Below are positions 49,212 to 58,386 of a stretch of DNA of 64,000 bases, in pieces (within the stretch, counting starts at the first letter, position 1; every line of letters starts with the position of its first letter). The position numbers and the translations under genes are program-made. The stretch is from Candidatus Levyibacteriota bacterium (lineage in GTDB: Bacteria > Patescibacteriota > Microgenomatia > Levybacterales > UBA12049), in NCBI GenBank assembly GCA_016432345.1, contig CP066685.1, positions 496,236-560,235 of the forward strand, in the 5' to 3' direction. Under the pieces are notes generated by a model. The model searched no databases. It was not told the DNA's origin and saw nothing but the letters and a program-made list of their open reading frames with translations.

Positions 49212-49951
49212 TCTCCTTTTTTTTTGGGAGGGGTTACAATTTTGAAGCGCATATAGTTTTAACTATAAATAAATTTTATATAGCAGTTTTTTTGTTTTTG
49301 CTGATTGTTATTCCTTTTATTACGTTTACATTGCAAAAAAAGAGCAGTGAGCCGTCTGTTACGAATTTTATACCTACTATTGCTCCGAGCGCCACAGAGA
49401 AGACTACCGCAACAATTACGGAATTTGTGCCGGTATCGGAAAGTCCACAGGATAATCAACAATTGACACCTCCGCCATTTTATCCAGGTTTGTCATGGAC
49501 ACTTGTAGACAAACAAGAACTAAAAAAAAGTATAGGTGATTATAAGGTTCATTATTCAAGCAAAAATCACGATGGTAATTTTTCTCTTTCTGGCAAAGAG
49601 TGGGTGGGGGTAAAACAAAAAATCTCACAAGTTGAATTAAACAAAATGGAAGGTGATTTTACTAATTACTATAACGACAAGCTTACAAAGCTTGGGTGGG
49701 AATCTTCAACAGAAACAAATGGATTTTTGCTTCAATCTATAGCTGCTGATGGTCCTAGTGGCGGTATTTGGGGATATGTTAAAGTAGAAAACGAAACAAC
49801 ATTAGAAGCCATTATTTTACAAAAAGAAACGCCAACTTCTCTTTTTTCTCCTCCAGAAGGAGATCCTGATCCATGTCCTTGTGATATTACCTTTCGAATA
49901 TTTGTAAGTAATCCCCAAGACCTTACAAAAGTTTTACCTACATCTCCTTAA
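49208..49951 (+). CDS. Hypothetical membrane-anchored protein (start uncertain)
   Basis: One N-terminal TM, P/T-rich linker, C-terminal CPC. Confidence 0.6.
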   Translation: MISFFFGRGYNFEAHIVLTINKFYIAVFLFLLIVIPFITFTLQKKSSEPSVTNFIPTIAPSATEKTTATITEFVPVSESPQDNQQLTPPPFYPGLSWTLVDKQELKKSIGDYKVHYSSKNHDGNFSLSGKEWVGVKQKISQVELNKMEGDFTNYYNDKLTKLGWESSTETNGFLLQSIAADGPSGGIWGYVKVENETTLEAIILQKETPTSLFSPPEGDPDPCPCDITFRIFVSNPQDLTKVLPTSP

Positions 49952-49952
49952 T

Positions 49953-50981
49953 ATGACTATACTTTTTTTTGCCAGGTTGTTTTGGCCTCATGGGGGTGGG
50001 GTGGAGACGCATGTTTTGGAAGTGGGGAAAAGGTTAATTGGAAAAGGATATAAGGTTGTAGTTGTTACCGAATTATTAGCAAAGACAAAAGAAAAAGAAA
50101 ATATAGGGGGGATTGAGATTTTTAGAATTCCGGTTGGGAAAGATAATTGGTTTAAGAAATTTAGAATTTGGAAGTGGTTTTGGCAAAACAGAAAGTTAAT
50201 CCAGCAAGCAGATATTGCGCATGCTCACGACGTTTTCTTTTGGTACCTGCCTTTTCGTTTTCTCTATCTTAACAAACCAATCTATACTACCTTCCATGGC
50301 TACGAAACAAAATTCCCTCCGGCAAAGAAAGCAATTTTCGTTCGTAGGCTAAGCGAGAAGCTCTCTTGGGGAAACATTTGTGTAGGAGACTATATTAAAA
50401 AGTGGTACAAGACAAAACCGAACTACATTACTTACGGAGGCGTGAACGTCCACCTCGGAGGAGTCATGGTTTCGCAAGCTCAGCAGCCTGCCACCATCCG
50501 AGGTGAAGACCAAAAACTTAACATACTTTTCATCGGGAGATTGGAGGAGGATATTGGGATTAGCTTGTATTTACAAGCTATACGAAAGATGAAAAAGACC
50601 AGAAATGTAGATGTTATTTTTTTGGGAGATGGGAGTTTTCGACATGAGGCAGAGAAGTTGGGCAGAGTTACAACATTTCAAGAGAAGTTTGTCGTCCAGG
50701 CAGATGTGGTATTTGCCTCTTCATATCTTTCGATGCTGTCTGCCATGGCTGCCAAAAAACCAGTTGTTGCCGTGTATACAAATTCTCTAAAAAAAGATTA
50801 CTTAACTATGACACCGTTTGCAAAGTTTATAACGATTGTTGATTCTCTTGATAAGATTGTGGATACAGTAAAAAATTTAGAGAAAACAAACCAGATGGTC
50901 GATCAGGCATATGACTGGGTAAAAGGTCAGACATGGGAGAAGATAGTTAATCTATATATAAAATTGTGGAAGATGAATTAA
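49953..50981 (+). CDS. Glycosyltransferase family 4
   Basis: PHGGGVETHV, HAHD, TFHG, ILFIGRLE. Confidence 0.85.
   Translation: MTILFFARLFWPHGGGVETHVLEVGKRLIGKGYKVVVVTELLAKTKEKENIGGIEIFRIPVGKDNWFKKFRIWKWFWQNRKLIQQADIAHAHDVFFWYLPFRFLYLNKPIYTTFHGYETKFPPAKKAIFVRRLSEKLSWGNICVGDYIKKWYKTKPNYITYGGVNVHLGGVMVSQAQQPATIRGEDQKLNILFIGRLEEDIGISLYLQAIRKMKKTRNVDVIFLGDGSFRHEAEKLGRVTTFQEKFVVQADVVFASSYLSMLSAMAAKKPVVAVYTNSLKKDYLTMTPFAKFITIVDSLDKIVDTVKNLEKTNQMVDQAYDWVKGQTWEKIVNLYIKLWKMN
50451..50505. repeat. GC-rich inverted repeat CACCTCGGA-37 nt-TCCGAGGTG inside GT4 gene
   Basis: Perfect 9-bp arms at 50451-50459 and 50497-50505. Confidence 0.75.
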
Positions 50982-50984
50982 CTA

Positions 50985-51002
50985 TGATCTTTCGAAAGAT
51001 CA
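50985..51002. other. Perfect 18-bp palindrome TGATCTTTCGAAAGATCA
   Basis: Self-reverse-complementary, intergenic, 3 nt after GT4 stop. Confidence 0.8.
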
Positions 51003-51041
51003 AAAGAAATTCAGATTAGATTGATTTGACAGTAATAAATT

Positions 51042-51992
51042 ATGAAGATAAGTTTTATTTCGACTGTTTACAATGAGGAGAAGACGATTGGATGGATGCT
51101 AGAGAGTTTGGCAAAACAGACGAGGATGCCAGACGAGATGATTATTGTAGATGGAGATTCAACCGACAGTACGCTGTCGGTAATTTTCAATTTTCAATTT
51201 TCAATTTTCAATCAAAACACAAAAAATAAATTTTCAAAAATAAAAATACTTACAAAAAAAGGGAATCGGGCGGTGGGACGAAATGAGGCGATAAGAAATG
51301 CGACAGGCGATATTATTGTATGTTCGGATGCGGGATGCCAGTTGGATAAGGATTGGGTGAAGAATATTGTGAAGCCGTTTGAAAATCCAAAAGTAGATGT
51401 TGTCGCAGGGTACTATGCAGCAAAGCCACAATCGATCTTTCAAAAATGCCTGGTGCCATATGTGCTTGTTATGCCAGATAAGATTGACCCTAAAAATTTT
51501 CTTCCGGCATCCCGCACAATGGCATTTAGAAAATCTATTTGGGAAAAAGTTGGTGGGTTTCCAGAAAGATACTCGCATAACGAAGATTATGTTTTTGCAA
51601 AGAAGTTAAAGCACATTGGAGTAAATATCGTTTTTGCCAAAGATGCCATTGTTTACTGGATGCCTCGAAAGAATCTAAAGCAAGCATTCATTATGTTTTT
51701 CCGCTTTGCCTTTGGCGACGCAGAAGCTCGTATTTTTCGCCCAAAAGTTTTTTTGATTTTCGTTCGTTATTTATTTGTATTTTTTCTCATTTTTTTACTT
51801 ATTGGTTTTCAACTATACGCTATACGCTATACGCTATACGCTATGTTTTTATTGTACGTGACGTGGTCTGTTTGGAAGAACTACAAATACGTTGCAGACT
51901 GGCGCGCAATCGTAATTTTGCCTATACTACAAATAACTGCTGATATTGCAGTAATTTTGGGAACGATATGGGGTATACAACACAGGCAATAA
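51042..51992 (+). CDS. Glycosyltransferase family 2 with C-terminal TM helices
   Basis: STVYNEE, VDGDSTD, GRNEAI, SDAG, VGGFPE, ED. Confidence 0.9.
   Translation: MKISFISTVYNEEKTIGWMLESLAKQTRMPDEMIIVDGDSTDSTLSVIFNFQFSIFNQNTKNKFSKIKILTKKGNRAVGRNEAIRNATGDIIVCSDAGCQLDKDWVKNIVKPFENPKVDVVAGYYAAKPQSIFQKCLVPYVLVMPDKIDPKNFLPASRTMAFRKSIWEKVGGFPERYSHNEDYVFAKKLKHIGVNIVFAKDAIVYWMPRKNLKQAFIMFFRFAFGDAEARIFRPKVFLIFVRYLFVFFLIFLLIGFQLYAIRYTLYAMFLLYVTWSVWKNYKYVADWRAIVILPILQITADIAVILGTIWGIQHRQ
51182..51212 (+). repeat. (AATTTTC)x4+ heptamer repeat inside GT2 gene
   Basis: Four perfect units plus AAT; encodes IFNFQFSIFN. Confidence 0.93.
51813..51844 (+). repeat. (CTATACG)x4+ heptamer repeat inside GT2 gene
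   Basis: Four perfect units plus CTAT; encodes LYAIRYTLYA. Confidence 0.95.
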
Positions 51993-53191
51993 AAGGGATT
52001 TCGTGGGTTGGTCTTCTTCGGGGAACGACGCGAATTGTATCATTTGCAAAAATTGCCATTCTGGCCAGAATTTTAACCCCAGCCCAATTTGGCGTGTATG
52101 GCATTGCCGCACTTGCCCTGTCTTTTTTAGATGTCCTGACCGAGACAGGAGTAAATGTTATTTTAATACAAGAAAAAGACGATATTGACCGACATATCAG
52201 TTCGGCATGGATTGTGTCGATAGCGCGAGGAATTTTAATGTCGGGGGTTATATTGGTTATGGCGCCGTTTGTTGCTGGTTTTTTCCAAAGCCCTGATTCG
52301 CTTTTTTTGTTGCAGCTAATTAGTATTGTGCCTTTGCTTCGCGGATTTATTAACCCTTCGGTGGTAAAGTTTCAAAGAGATTTACAGTTTAAGAAAGAGT
52401 TTTTATACCGGTCGGTGTTGTTCGTAATCGATGCTGGTACGGCGGTTGCAGTTGCCTTTGCCACTCATCAAGCGGCAAGTATTGTGGTTGGGTTGATTGT
52501 GGGGGTGGTTGTCGAAGCAGTATTGTCTTTTGTTGTTGCGAAGCCAAGGCCAACACTGCGGTTTGAAAACGAGTATATTGCCAAGATATTTCATAGGGGA
52601 AAATGGGTAACATTGTCGGGAGTATTCCAGTACTTATTCCAAAATGTCGACAACATTGTGGTTGGTAAGTTGCTTGGTACTGGGTCGCTTGGGCTTTATC
52701 AGCTTGGGTATTCCATATCTATTTTACCAATTAGCGAAGTGGCAGATGTGGTATCTCGGGTGACTTTTCCTGTTTATACAAAGATAGCAGATGATACCGA
52801 CAGGCTTCGTAAAGCATTTATGCGGACTGTTATGATTATTGCATGCGTTACGATTCCTTTTGGGATTATTTTGTTTTTCTTTTCCGAACAGCTAATTACT
52901 CTTGTATTTGGAAAGCAGTGGGTGGGTGTTGTTCCCGCTCTTCGAGTTTTGGCTATTTTTGGCGTTATTCGCGCAGTGTTTGGTTTTTGCGCCACGCTTT
53001 TTTTGGCAGTTGGAAAGCAAGAATATATTACCGTGGCAACGCTTGCAAGTATTACAGCCATGGGATTAGTTATTGTGCCGTTTGTTAATTCGTTTGGGTT
53101 GATTGGCGCAGCGTATGCAGCACTTGTTGGGTCAGTTTTTGGGAGCATTGTTTTTAGTTTTTTTACCATTAAGGTTTTGTATTCTAAATGA
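51968..53191 (+). CDS. Polysaccharide flippase (Wzx/WzxC-like)
   Basis: ILARILTPAQFG, DNIVVGKLLG..LGLY, VTFP, multi-TM. Confidence 0.88.
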   Translation: MGYTTQAIKGISWVGLLRGTTRIVSFAKIAILARILTPAQFGVYGIAALALSFLDVLTETGVNVILIQEKDDIDRHISSAWIVSIARGILMSGVILVMAPFVAGFFQSPDSLFLLQLISIVPLLRGFINPSVVKFQRDLQFKKEFLYRSVLFVIDAGTAVAVAFATHQAASIVVGLIVGVVVEAVLSFVVAKPRPTLRFENEYIAKIFHRGKWVTLSGVFQYLFQNVDNIVVGKLLGTGSLGLYQLGYSISILPISEVADVVSRVTFPVYTKIADDTDRLRKAFMRTVMIIACVTIPFGIILFFFSEQLITLVFGKQWVGVVPALRVLAIFGVIRAVFGFCATLFLAVGKQEYITVATLASITAMGLVIVPFVNSFGLIGAAYAALVGSVFGSIVFSFFTIKVLYSK

Positions 53192-54288
53192 AAATTGCAT
53201 TTTTTCATGAATTACCGTTTGGGGGGGCGCATCGCGTGGTTGTAGAATACGGAAAAATACTTTCCAAAAACCACGATGTCGATGTGTTTTATGTGGACAG
53301 GGAGGAAGAAAAAAATCTGGAGTCGATTTTTAATAAGTCTTATTTTTTTCGGTTTTCCCAAAAAAGCGGTCGTGGGTGGTGGGGGACACGTTTGTATAAC
53401 GATACTTTAGGGCTTTTTTTCTTGTCTATTTTGCATTGGCGGATAGCTCGGTTAATTGACGAGCAGAAATACGATTTTGTTTTTGTGCATCCGTCAAAAT
53501 TTACCCAAGCCCCTTTTGTGTTGCGGTTTCTTAAAAGCCCAATCATATATTTTTGCCAAGAGCCGCTTAGACTAGCATACGATCCATTTATATCAAGACT
53601 TCCAGACGTTTCGCTGCCAAAAATGTTATATGAGAAATCTGTGCGTTTTATGAGAAAAGTTATTGATAGGTCAAATGTTGGATTTTGTGATTTTATTTTG
53701 GTAAATTCGTCTTTTTCTAAAAAAACTATACAGCAAGCATATGGTAAAGATGCAACAGTTTGTTATTTGGGCGTAGATGAGAATAATTTTAAACAAATAC
53801 CAAGTAAAAATGAATACGATGTACTTTTTGTTGGACAAAAAATAGCTGTTGAGGGGTATGATTTATTGGAAGAGGCGTTGTCTTATTTTCCCAAAAAAAT
53901 AAAAGTAAAAGTTATTGAAAGAAATTTACAGGGAGAGGGGATAGCAGATAGACAACTTGCAGAAGAAATAAATAGCGCAAAAATTGTTGTGGCTTTAAGT
54001 CGAAATGAACCATTTGGATTAACTGTTTTGGAGGCAATGGCCTGTGGCGCGCCGGTTGTTGCGGTAAAAGAAGGAGGATATATTGAGACAGTTATAGATG
54101 GGGAGACAGGATTTTTAATTGACAGAAATCCAAATGAGTTGTATGAAAAAATTAGTATACTTCTTGCAGATGGAAAGTTAAGAGAAAGATTTGGAGAATA
54201 TGGCAAGCATCATGTTTTACAAAATTGGACATGGGAAAAAAGTGTCGAGAGATTTTTAAAAATAATTTCGCAAGGAGGGGAAAAATAA
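53188..54288 (+). CDS. Glycosyltransferase family 4
   Basis: FGGAHRVV, NEPFGLTVLEAMACGAPVV, ETVIDGETG. Confidence 0.9.
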   Translation: MKIAFFHELPFGGAHRVVVEYGKILSKNHDVDVFYVDREEEKNLESIFNKSYFFRFSQKSGRGWWGTRLYNDTLGLFFLSILHWRIARLIDEQKYDFVFVHPSKFTQAPFVLRFLKSPIIYFCQEPLRLAYDPFISRLPDVSLPKMLYEKSVRFMRKVIDRSNVGFCDFILVNSSFSKKTIQQAYGKDATVCYLGVDENNFKQIPSKNEYDVLFVGQKIAVEGYDLLEEALSYFPKKIKVKVIERNLQGEGIADRQLAEEINSAKIVVALSRNEPFGLTVLEAMACGAPVVAVKEGGYIETVIDGETGFLIDRNPNELYEKISILLADGKLRERFGEYGKHHVLQNWTWEKSVERFLKIISQGGEK

Positions 54289-55088
54289 TTATTTCAATTA
54301 TTATTGTTCACTACAAAGTAGAAAAAGAGCTTTTTGATTGTTTAAATTCAATTGAAAAATCACAACAAAAAAGTATTTACGAAATTATTGTGATTGATAA
54401 CAATGAAGAGCCGACAATAAAATCAGAGCTTTCTAAAAAATTTCCTAATGTAATTTACATTAAGACAAATAAAAATATAGGTTTTGGAGCGGCCAATAAT
54501 CTTGGCGCAAAAGTGGCAAAAGGCGAATTTTTATTTTTTCTAAATCCCGATACAAAAGTTTTTCTTAATACAATTGATGCGTTGATTAATTTTTTAAAAA
54601 ATCATCACCATGCAGGAATTGTGGCGCCGCTTCTTCTTAATAAAAAATGTAATCCTTATTCATTACAAGGAAGTGCAGTGTTGACACCATTTCGGGCAAT
54701 TATGTGTTTGTCATTTATTCAAAAACTTTTCCCAGAAAATATAATATACAAAGAGTATTACCTTTTAGATTGGGATAAGAAGTTTATAAGAGAAGTTGAT
54801 GTGATTCCTGGGACAGCATTTCTTGTGAGGAAAAAAATCTTTGAAGAAGTCGGTGGGTTTGACGAGCGATTTTTTCTTTTTTTCGAAGAAAATGATTTGT
54901 GCATGCGTGTTAAAGAATTTGGATACAAAATATATATAACGCCAAATGCAAAAGTTATGCATCTGTGGGGTGAAAGCACCAAAAGTTTGCCAAATACAAA
55001 GGAAATATTTAAAAAAAGCAGAGAGTATTATTTTCAAAAGTACTTCGGTTTTTTCTGGGCATCTGTTGTTGAGCTATTTTGCAGATGA
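54225..55088 (+). CDS. Glycosyltransferase family 2 (WbbL/rhamnosyltransferase-like); start uncertain
   Basis: SIIIVHY, NIGFGAANN, FLNPD, GGFDERFFLFFEENDLC. Confidence 0.85.
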   Translation: MDMGKKCREIFKNNFARRGKIIISIIIVHYKVEKELFDCLNSIEKSQQKSIYEIIVIDNNEEPTIKSELSKKFPNVIYIKTNKNIGFGAANNLGAKVAKGEFLFFLNPDTKVFLNTIDALINFLKNHHHAGIVAPLLLNKKCNPYSLQGSAVLTPFRAIMCLSFIQKLFPENIIYKEYYLLDWDKKFIREVDVIPGTAFLVRKKIFEEVGGFDERFFLFFEENDLCMRVKEFGYKIYITPNAKVMHLWGESTKSLPNTKEIFKKSREYYFQKYFGFFWASVVELFCR

Positions 55089-55100
55089 TACAATATAGTT

Positions 55101-55850
55101 ATGATTAGCGCTGTTATTCTTACCAAAAACGAAGAGGAGAATATAGAGGTTTGTATAAAAGGACTTCGGTGGTGCAATGAGGTAATTGTTGTTGATGATA
55201 ATTCAACCGACAAAACAAGAGAAATTGCAGAAAAATTAGGCGCCAAAGTAATTGATCATAGTTTAAATAATAATTTTTCTGAAGCGCGGAATTATGGATT
55301 GGAACAGACAAAAGGGGAATGGGTTTTATTTGTTGATGCAGACGAGCGGATTTCGGATTCGTTAGCTTTCGAAATAGGCAGTATGCTTACCATGCAGGCG
55401 GTTGACGCATATGATGCATTTTACATAAGAAGGATAGATACGATATGGGGAAGACAGCTGTTGCATGGAGAAAATGGTATGGTAAAGTTTATTCGGTTGG
55501 CCAAAAAAACAAAAGGTGAATGGAAAGGGGCGGTGCATGAAACATGGCAAATAAAAGGAAGGGTCGGACAGTTGAAGAATCCTCTTTATCATTATCCGCA
55601 CCAGACAGTTTCGGAGTTTTTAACAGAAATAAATTATTATACTACCATTCGGGCGCAGGAATTATACAAAAAAAGAGTAAAAGTGCATGTGTGGGATATA
55701 ATTTTGTATCCAAAGGCAAAGTTTTTTGTTAATTATGTTTTAAAAAGAGGTTTTCTTGATGGTATGCCAGGATTAGTTGTTGCGATACTCATGAGTTTTC
55801 ATTCCTATCTTGTCCGCGGTAAATTGTGGTTGCTATGGCAGAAAAAATAG
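55101..55850 (+). CDS. Glycosyltransferase family 2 (KdtX/WaaE-like)
   Basis: ILTKNEE, DDNSTDKT, FVDADER, VHE, GFLDG. Confidence 0.88.
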   Translation: MISAVILTKNEEENIEVCIKGLRWCNEVIVVDDNSTDKTREIAEKLGAKVIDHSLNNNFSEARNYGLEQTKGEWVLFVDADERISDSLAFEIGSMLTMQAVDAYDAFYIRRIDTIWGRQLLHGENGMVKFIRLAKKTKGEWKGAVHETWQIKGRVGQLKNPLYHYPHQTVSEFLTEINYYTTIRAQELYKKRVKVHVWDIILYPKAKFFVNYVLKRGFLDGMPGLVVAILMSFHSYLVRGKLWLLWQKK

Positions 55851-56962
55851 TTAAGGTTTTTTTCGTTTTTCTTCTTTTGTTGTTTCCACTGGGGGAGATT
55901 GCCCGTTTTGACCTGGGGAATAATATTGCAGTGCATGCTTTTGATATGGTAGCTGTTTTTGCGCTTTTTGCCAAAAAACTTCCAAAGTTTATTCTTTTTT
56001 TTGTGGTGACATTAATTGTTTCTCTTCTTGTTAATATTAATAATTACCAAACAAATGAATTAATTACTGCATCTTTTTATCTTTTAAGATGGGTTGGGTA
56101 CGCGGGACTCTATGTTGTTGTTTCTAATTTTGATAAACAGTTTAAAAATAAAATCATTCAACTTTTAGTTGGGGTCGGTGCAATAATAGTTGGGCTTGGG
56201 TACATACAGTATTTTTTGTATCCCAATCTTCGTAACTTGTATTATGCAGGGTGGGACGAACATTTATATAGAATGTTTAGTACATTTTTAGATCCGAATT
56301 TTGCCGGGGCATTTTTTGTGATGTATTTCATGTTTGTTTTGGGAAAGGCTTTAGAAAATGGACAAAGTAAATATTATTACACCATATTAGGTGTTTTAAC
56401 ACTGGAAGCAATTTTTCTGACCTACTCTCGGAGCGCATATATTATGTTTGGTGTTGCCCTAACGGTTTTTTTCTTGTTGAAAAAGCAAAAAAAGTTATTG
56501 TTTTGGTGGATACTGGGGCTTGTTTTATTATTGCCAGTTTTGTTTTTATTCTCGCCAAAATCTGAAGGGACAAATTTGTTACGGACAACTTCATCTAATG
56601 CCAGGGTTTTAGCAATGGATCAGGCAATAACCATTATTAAAGATAATCCAATTTTTGGCGTTGGGTTTAATGCCTATAGATACGAGCAAGAAAAGCGTGG
56701 GTATTTAGGGCAATCGACAAAAGAAAACCATGCGGGTGCTGGGACAGATAATAGCTTCTTGTTTGTTTTGGCGACAACGGGAGCAATTGGATTTAGCGCA
56801 TATTTTTATCTGTGGTATTCGATTGTCCGTAGACAAAAAAGTATTGTAGCGCTTTCATCAATTGCTGGGCTTTTTGTGAACGCATTTTTTATTAACAGTT
56901 TGTTTTATCCAATTATTATGGCGTGGATATGGATTTTAACAGGTATTACTGAGAACGAGTAA
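55826..56962 (+). CDS. O-antigen ligase/polymerase-like membrane protein (Wzy_C)
   Basis: RMFSTFLDPN, LTYSRS, NPIFGVG, DNSFL..TGAIG; multi-TM. Confidence 0.82.
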   Translation: MVAMAEKIVKVFFVFLLLLFPLGEIARFDLGNNIAVHAFDMVAVFALFAKKLPKFILFFVVTLIVSLLVNINNYQTNELITASFYLLRWVGYAGLYVVVSNFDKQFKNKIIQLLVGVGAIIVGLGYIQYFLYPNLRNLYYAGWDEHLYRMFSTFLDPNFAGAFFVMYFMFVLGKALENGQSKYYYTILGVLTLEAIFLTYSRSAYIMFGVALTVFFLLKKQKKLLFWWILGLVLLLPVLFLFSPKSEGTNLLRTTSSNARVLAMDQAITIIKDNPIFGVGFNAYRYEQEKRGYLGQSTKENHAGAGTDNSFLFVLATTGAIGFSAYFYLWYSIVRRQKSIVALSSIAGLFVNAFFINSLFYPIIMAWIWILTGITENE

Positions 56963-57668
56963 CAGTTATTTCTTTTTCGGTTTTATTACCTGCTTCGTCT
57001 GTGGCAATAACTTTAATTTTATTCTCTCCGTTTTGTAAAGGCAAATCATACGAAAACTTTCCCTCGTTATCTACAATTGCCCATAGGTCGTTTACTGTTA
57101 TTTGTGTGCCTGTATCTGTTTTGCCTTTTACAGTTACGGTTTTATCATCTTTTCCAAAAGATTGTTTGTCGTTTGGTGATTCAAGATTAAGCGCTGGAGC
57201 GTCTTTTTTAAATATAATTGTGTAAGAATTTGAGAAGTCGCTTTCTTGTTGTTTTGATGAAGGATCGTTTTGTATTGCTTTCGCCTGAATAAAATTTTCC
57301 CCTTGTTTGAGTTGGATATCTGCAAAAGAAAAAGTGTTTTTTTTGTCAACTTTTTTCTCGTCTTCTTTTTCTCCGTTAAGAAAAAGTTGTATGGTTTGGT
57401 TTTCTAAAGCGCTGCCGCTAATGGCGATTGTGGCGCTGTTTGTGGCGCTTGGCAGGGCATCCAAAACTGGCGGGGCAACATACACATTTTTTGGTTTTGC
57501 TACTTCTTGCGTGTCCTTTGCTCCTAGAAGGAAATATGAAACATTTGCTAAAAGCGGTATGCCAAACTTAGCAAGGAATCCTAAAACAGCAACAATTCCG
57601 ATAATGCTAAGTAGTATTGACTGTTTTGTTTGCCGTTCTACTCTTCTTGATAATCGTGATTGCGTCAT
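56946..57668 (-). CDS. Membrane-anchored protein with two Ig-like domains
   Basis: TM near N-terminus; LKQGENFIQAKA and LQNGENKIKVIATDEAGN Ig-like motifs. Confidence 0.75.
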   Translation of the reverse strand: MTQSRLSRRVERQTKQSILLSIIGIVAVLGFLAKFGIPLLANVSYFLLGAKDTQEVAKPKNVYVAPPVLDALPSATNSATIAISGSALENQTIQLFLNGEKEDEKKVDKKNTFSFADIQLKQGENFIQAKAIQNDPSSKQQESDFSNSYTIIFKKDAPALNLESPNDKQSFGKDDKTVTVKGKTDTGTQITVNDLWAIVDNEGKFSYDLPLQNGENKIKVIATDEAGNKTEKEITVTRSQ

Positions 57669-57690
57669 ATAGAATAGTATTACTTTATAA

Positions 57691-57763
57691 GCCGATGTAG
57701 CTCAGTTGGTAGAGCGGCGCTTTCGTAAAGCGTAGGTCGCAGGTTCGATCCCCGCCATCGGCT
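57691..57763 (+). tRNA. tRNA-Thr(CGT), CCA not encoded
   Basis: Acceptor GCCGATG/CATCGGC, D-arm AGCTCAGTTGGTAGAGC, anticodon loop TTCGTAA, T-loop GTTCGATC. Confidence 0.95.
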
Positions 57764-58386
57764 CACCTTTTTGTTTCGAGAAATTTTTTACCATGTCCGA
57801 CTGTAGTGTTGATAGGCACATTATTTTTACACAGTGGGCAATTAGCTTCATCATAATTTTGGGTAAATAATTCGTCTAAGGCATAAAATGGAATTCCCAT
57901 ACTTTCGGAATTAACGTTTTTTGGATCTCTATTAACCATTACTCCGACTGCTATAGCATATCCTCCATGTTCTTGCACGCTATTTATGACTTTTTTTACA
58001 GAGCCGCCGGTGGTTGTTAGGTCTTCCACAATCAAGACATTTTTGTCTTTTACAAATCTTTCGTAGCCGCGGGTAAAGATTTGATTTTTTTCCAGAGTTT
58101 TTTCGGTATATACGCCAAAAATCTTTTTATTTTTTAATTTTGATAAATGATATGCAGTCCATTGCGATAAAATTATTCCGCCTAAAGCCGGGCCAACAAC
58201 CACATCTATATCCATATCTTTAAATTTTTCTGCAAATAATTTTCCAACTTGGGACGCTTTATCGGTGTGAGGATACATGGCGTCTTTATTAATATAAATT
58301 GGCGAGTGTTTACCAGATGTTAAAACAAAATGATCGTTGGTAATTAGCGCACCGGTTTCTTTAAGTATGTCAAAAACAGTTTTCAT
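57763..58386 (-). CDS. pyrE: Orotate phosphoribosyltransferase
   Basis: HFVLTSGKHS, GPALGG, VLIVEDLTTTGGS PRPP motif; next to pyrF. Confidence 0.9.
   Translation of the reverse strand: MKTVFDILKETGALITNDHFVLTSGKHSPIYINKDAMYPHTDKASQVGKLFAEKFKDMDIDVVVGPALGGIILSQWTAYHLSKLKNKKIFGVYTEKTLEKNQIFTRGYERFVKDKNVLIVEDLTTTGGSVKKVINSVQEHGGYAIAVGVMVNRDPKNVNSESMGIPFYALDELFTQNYDEANCPLCKNNVPINTTVGHGKKFLETKR

Noticed and set aside
49200..49976. ATCTCCTT at both ends of the 247-aa gene as target-site duplication, and weak similarity of its 5' end to the next GT4 start
   Set aside because: Only 8 bp and 16/24 nt in T-rich sequence; chance cannot be excluded
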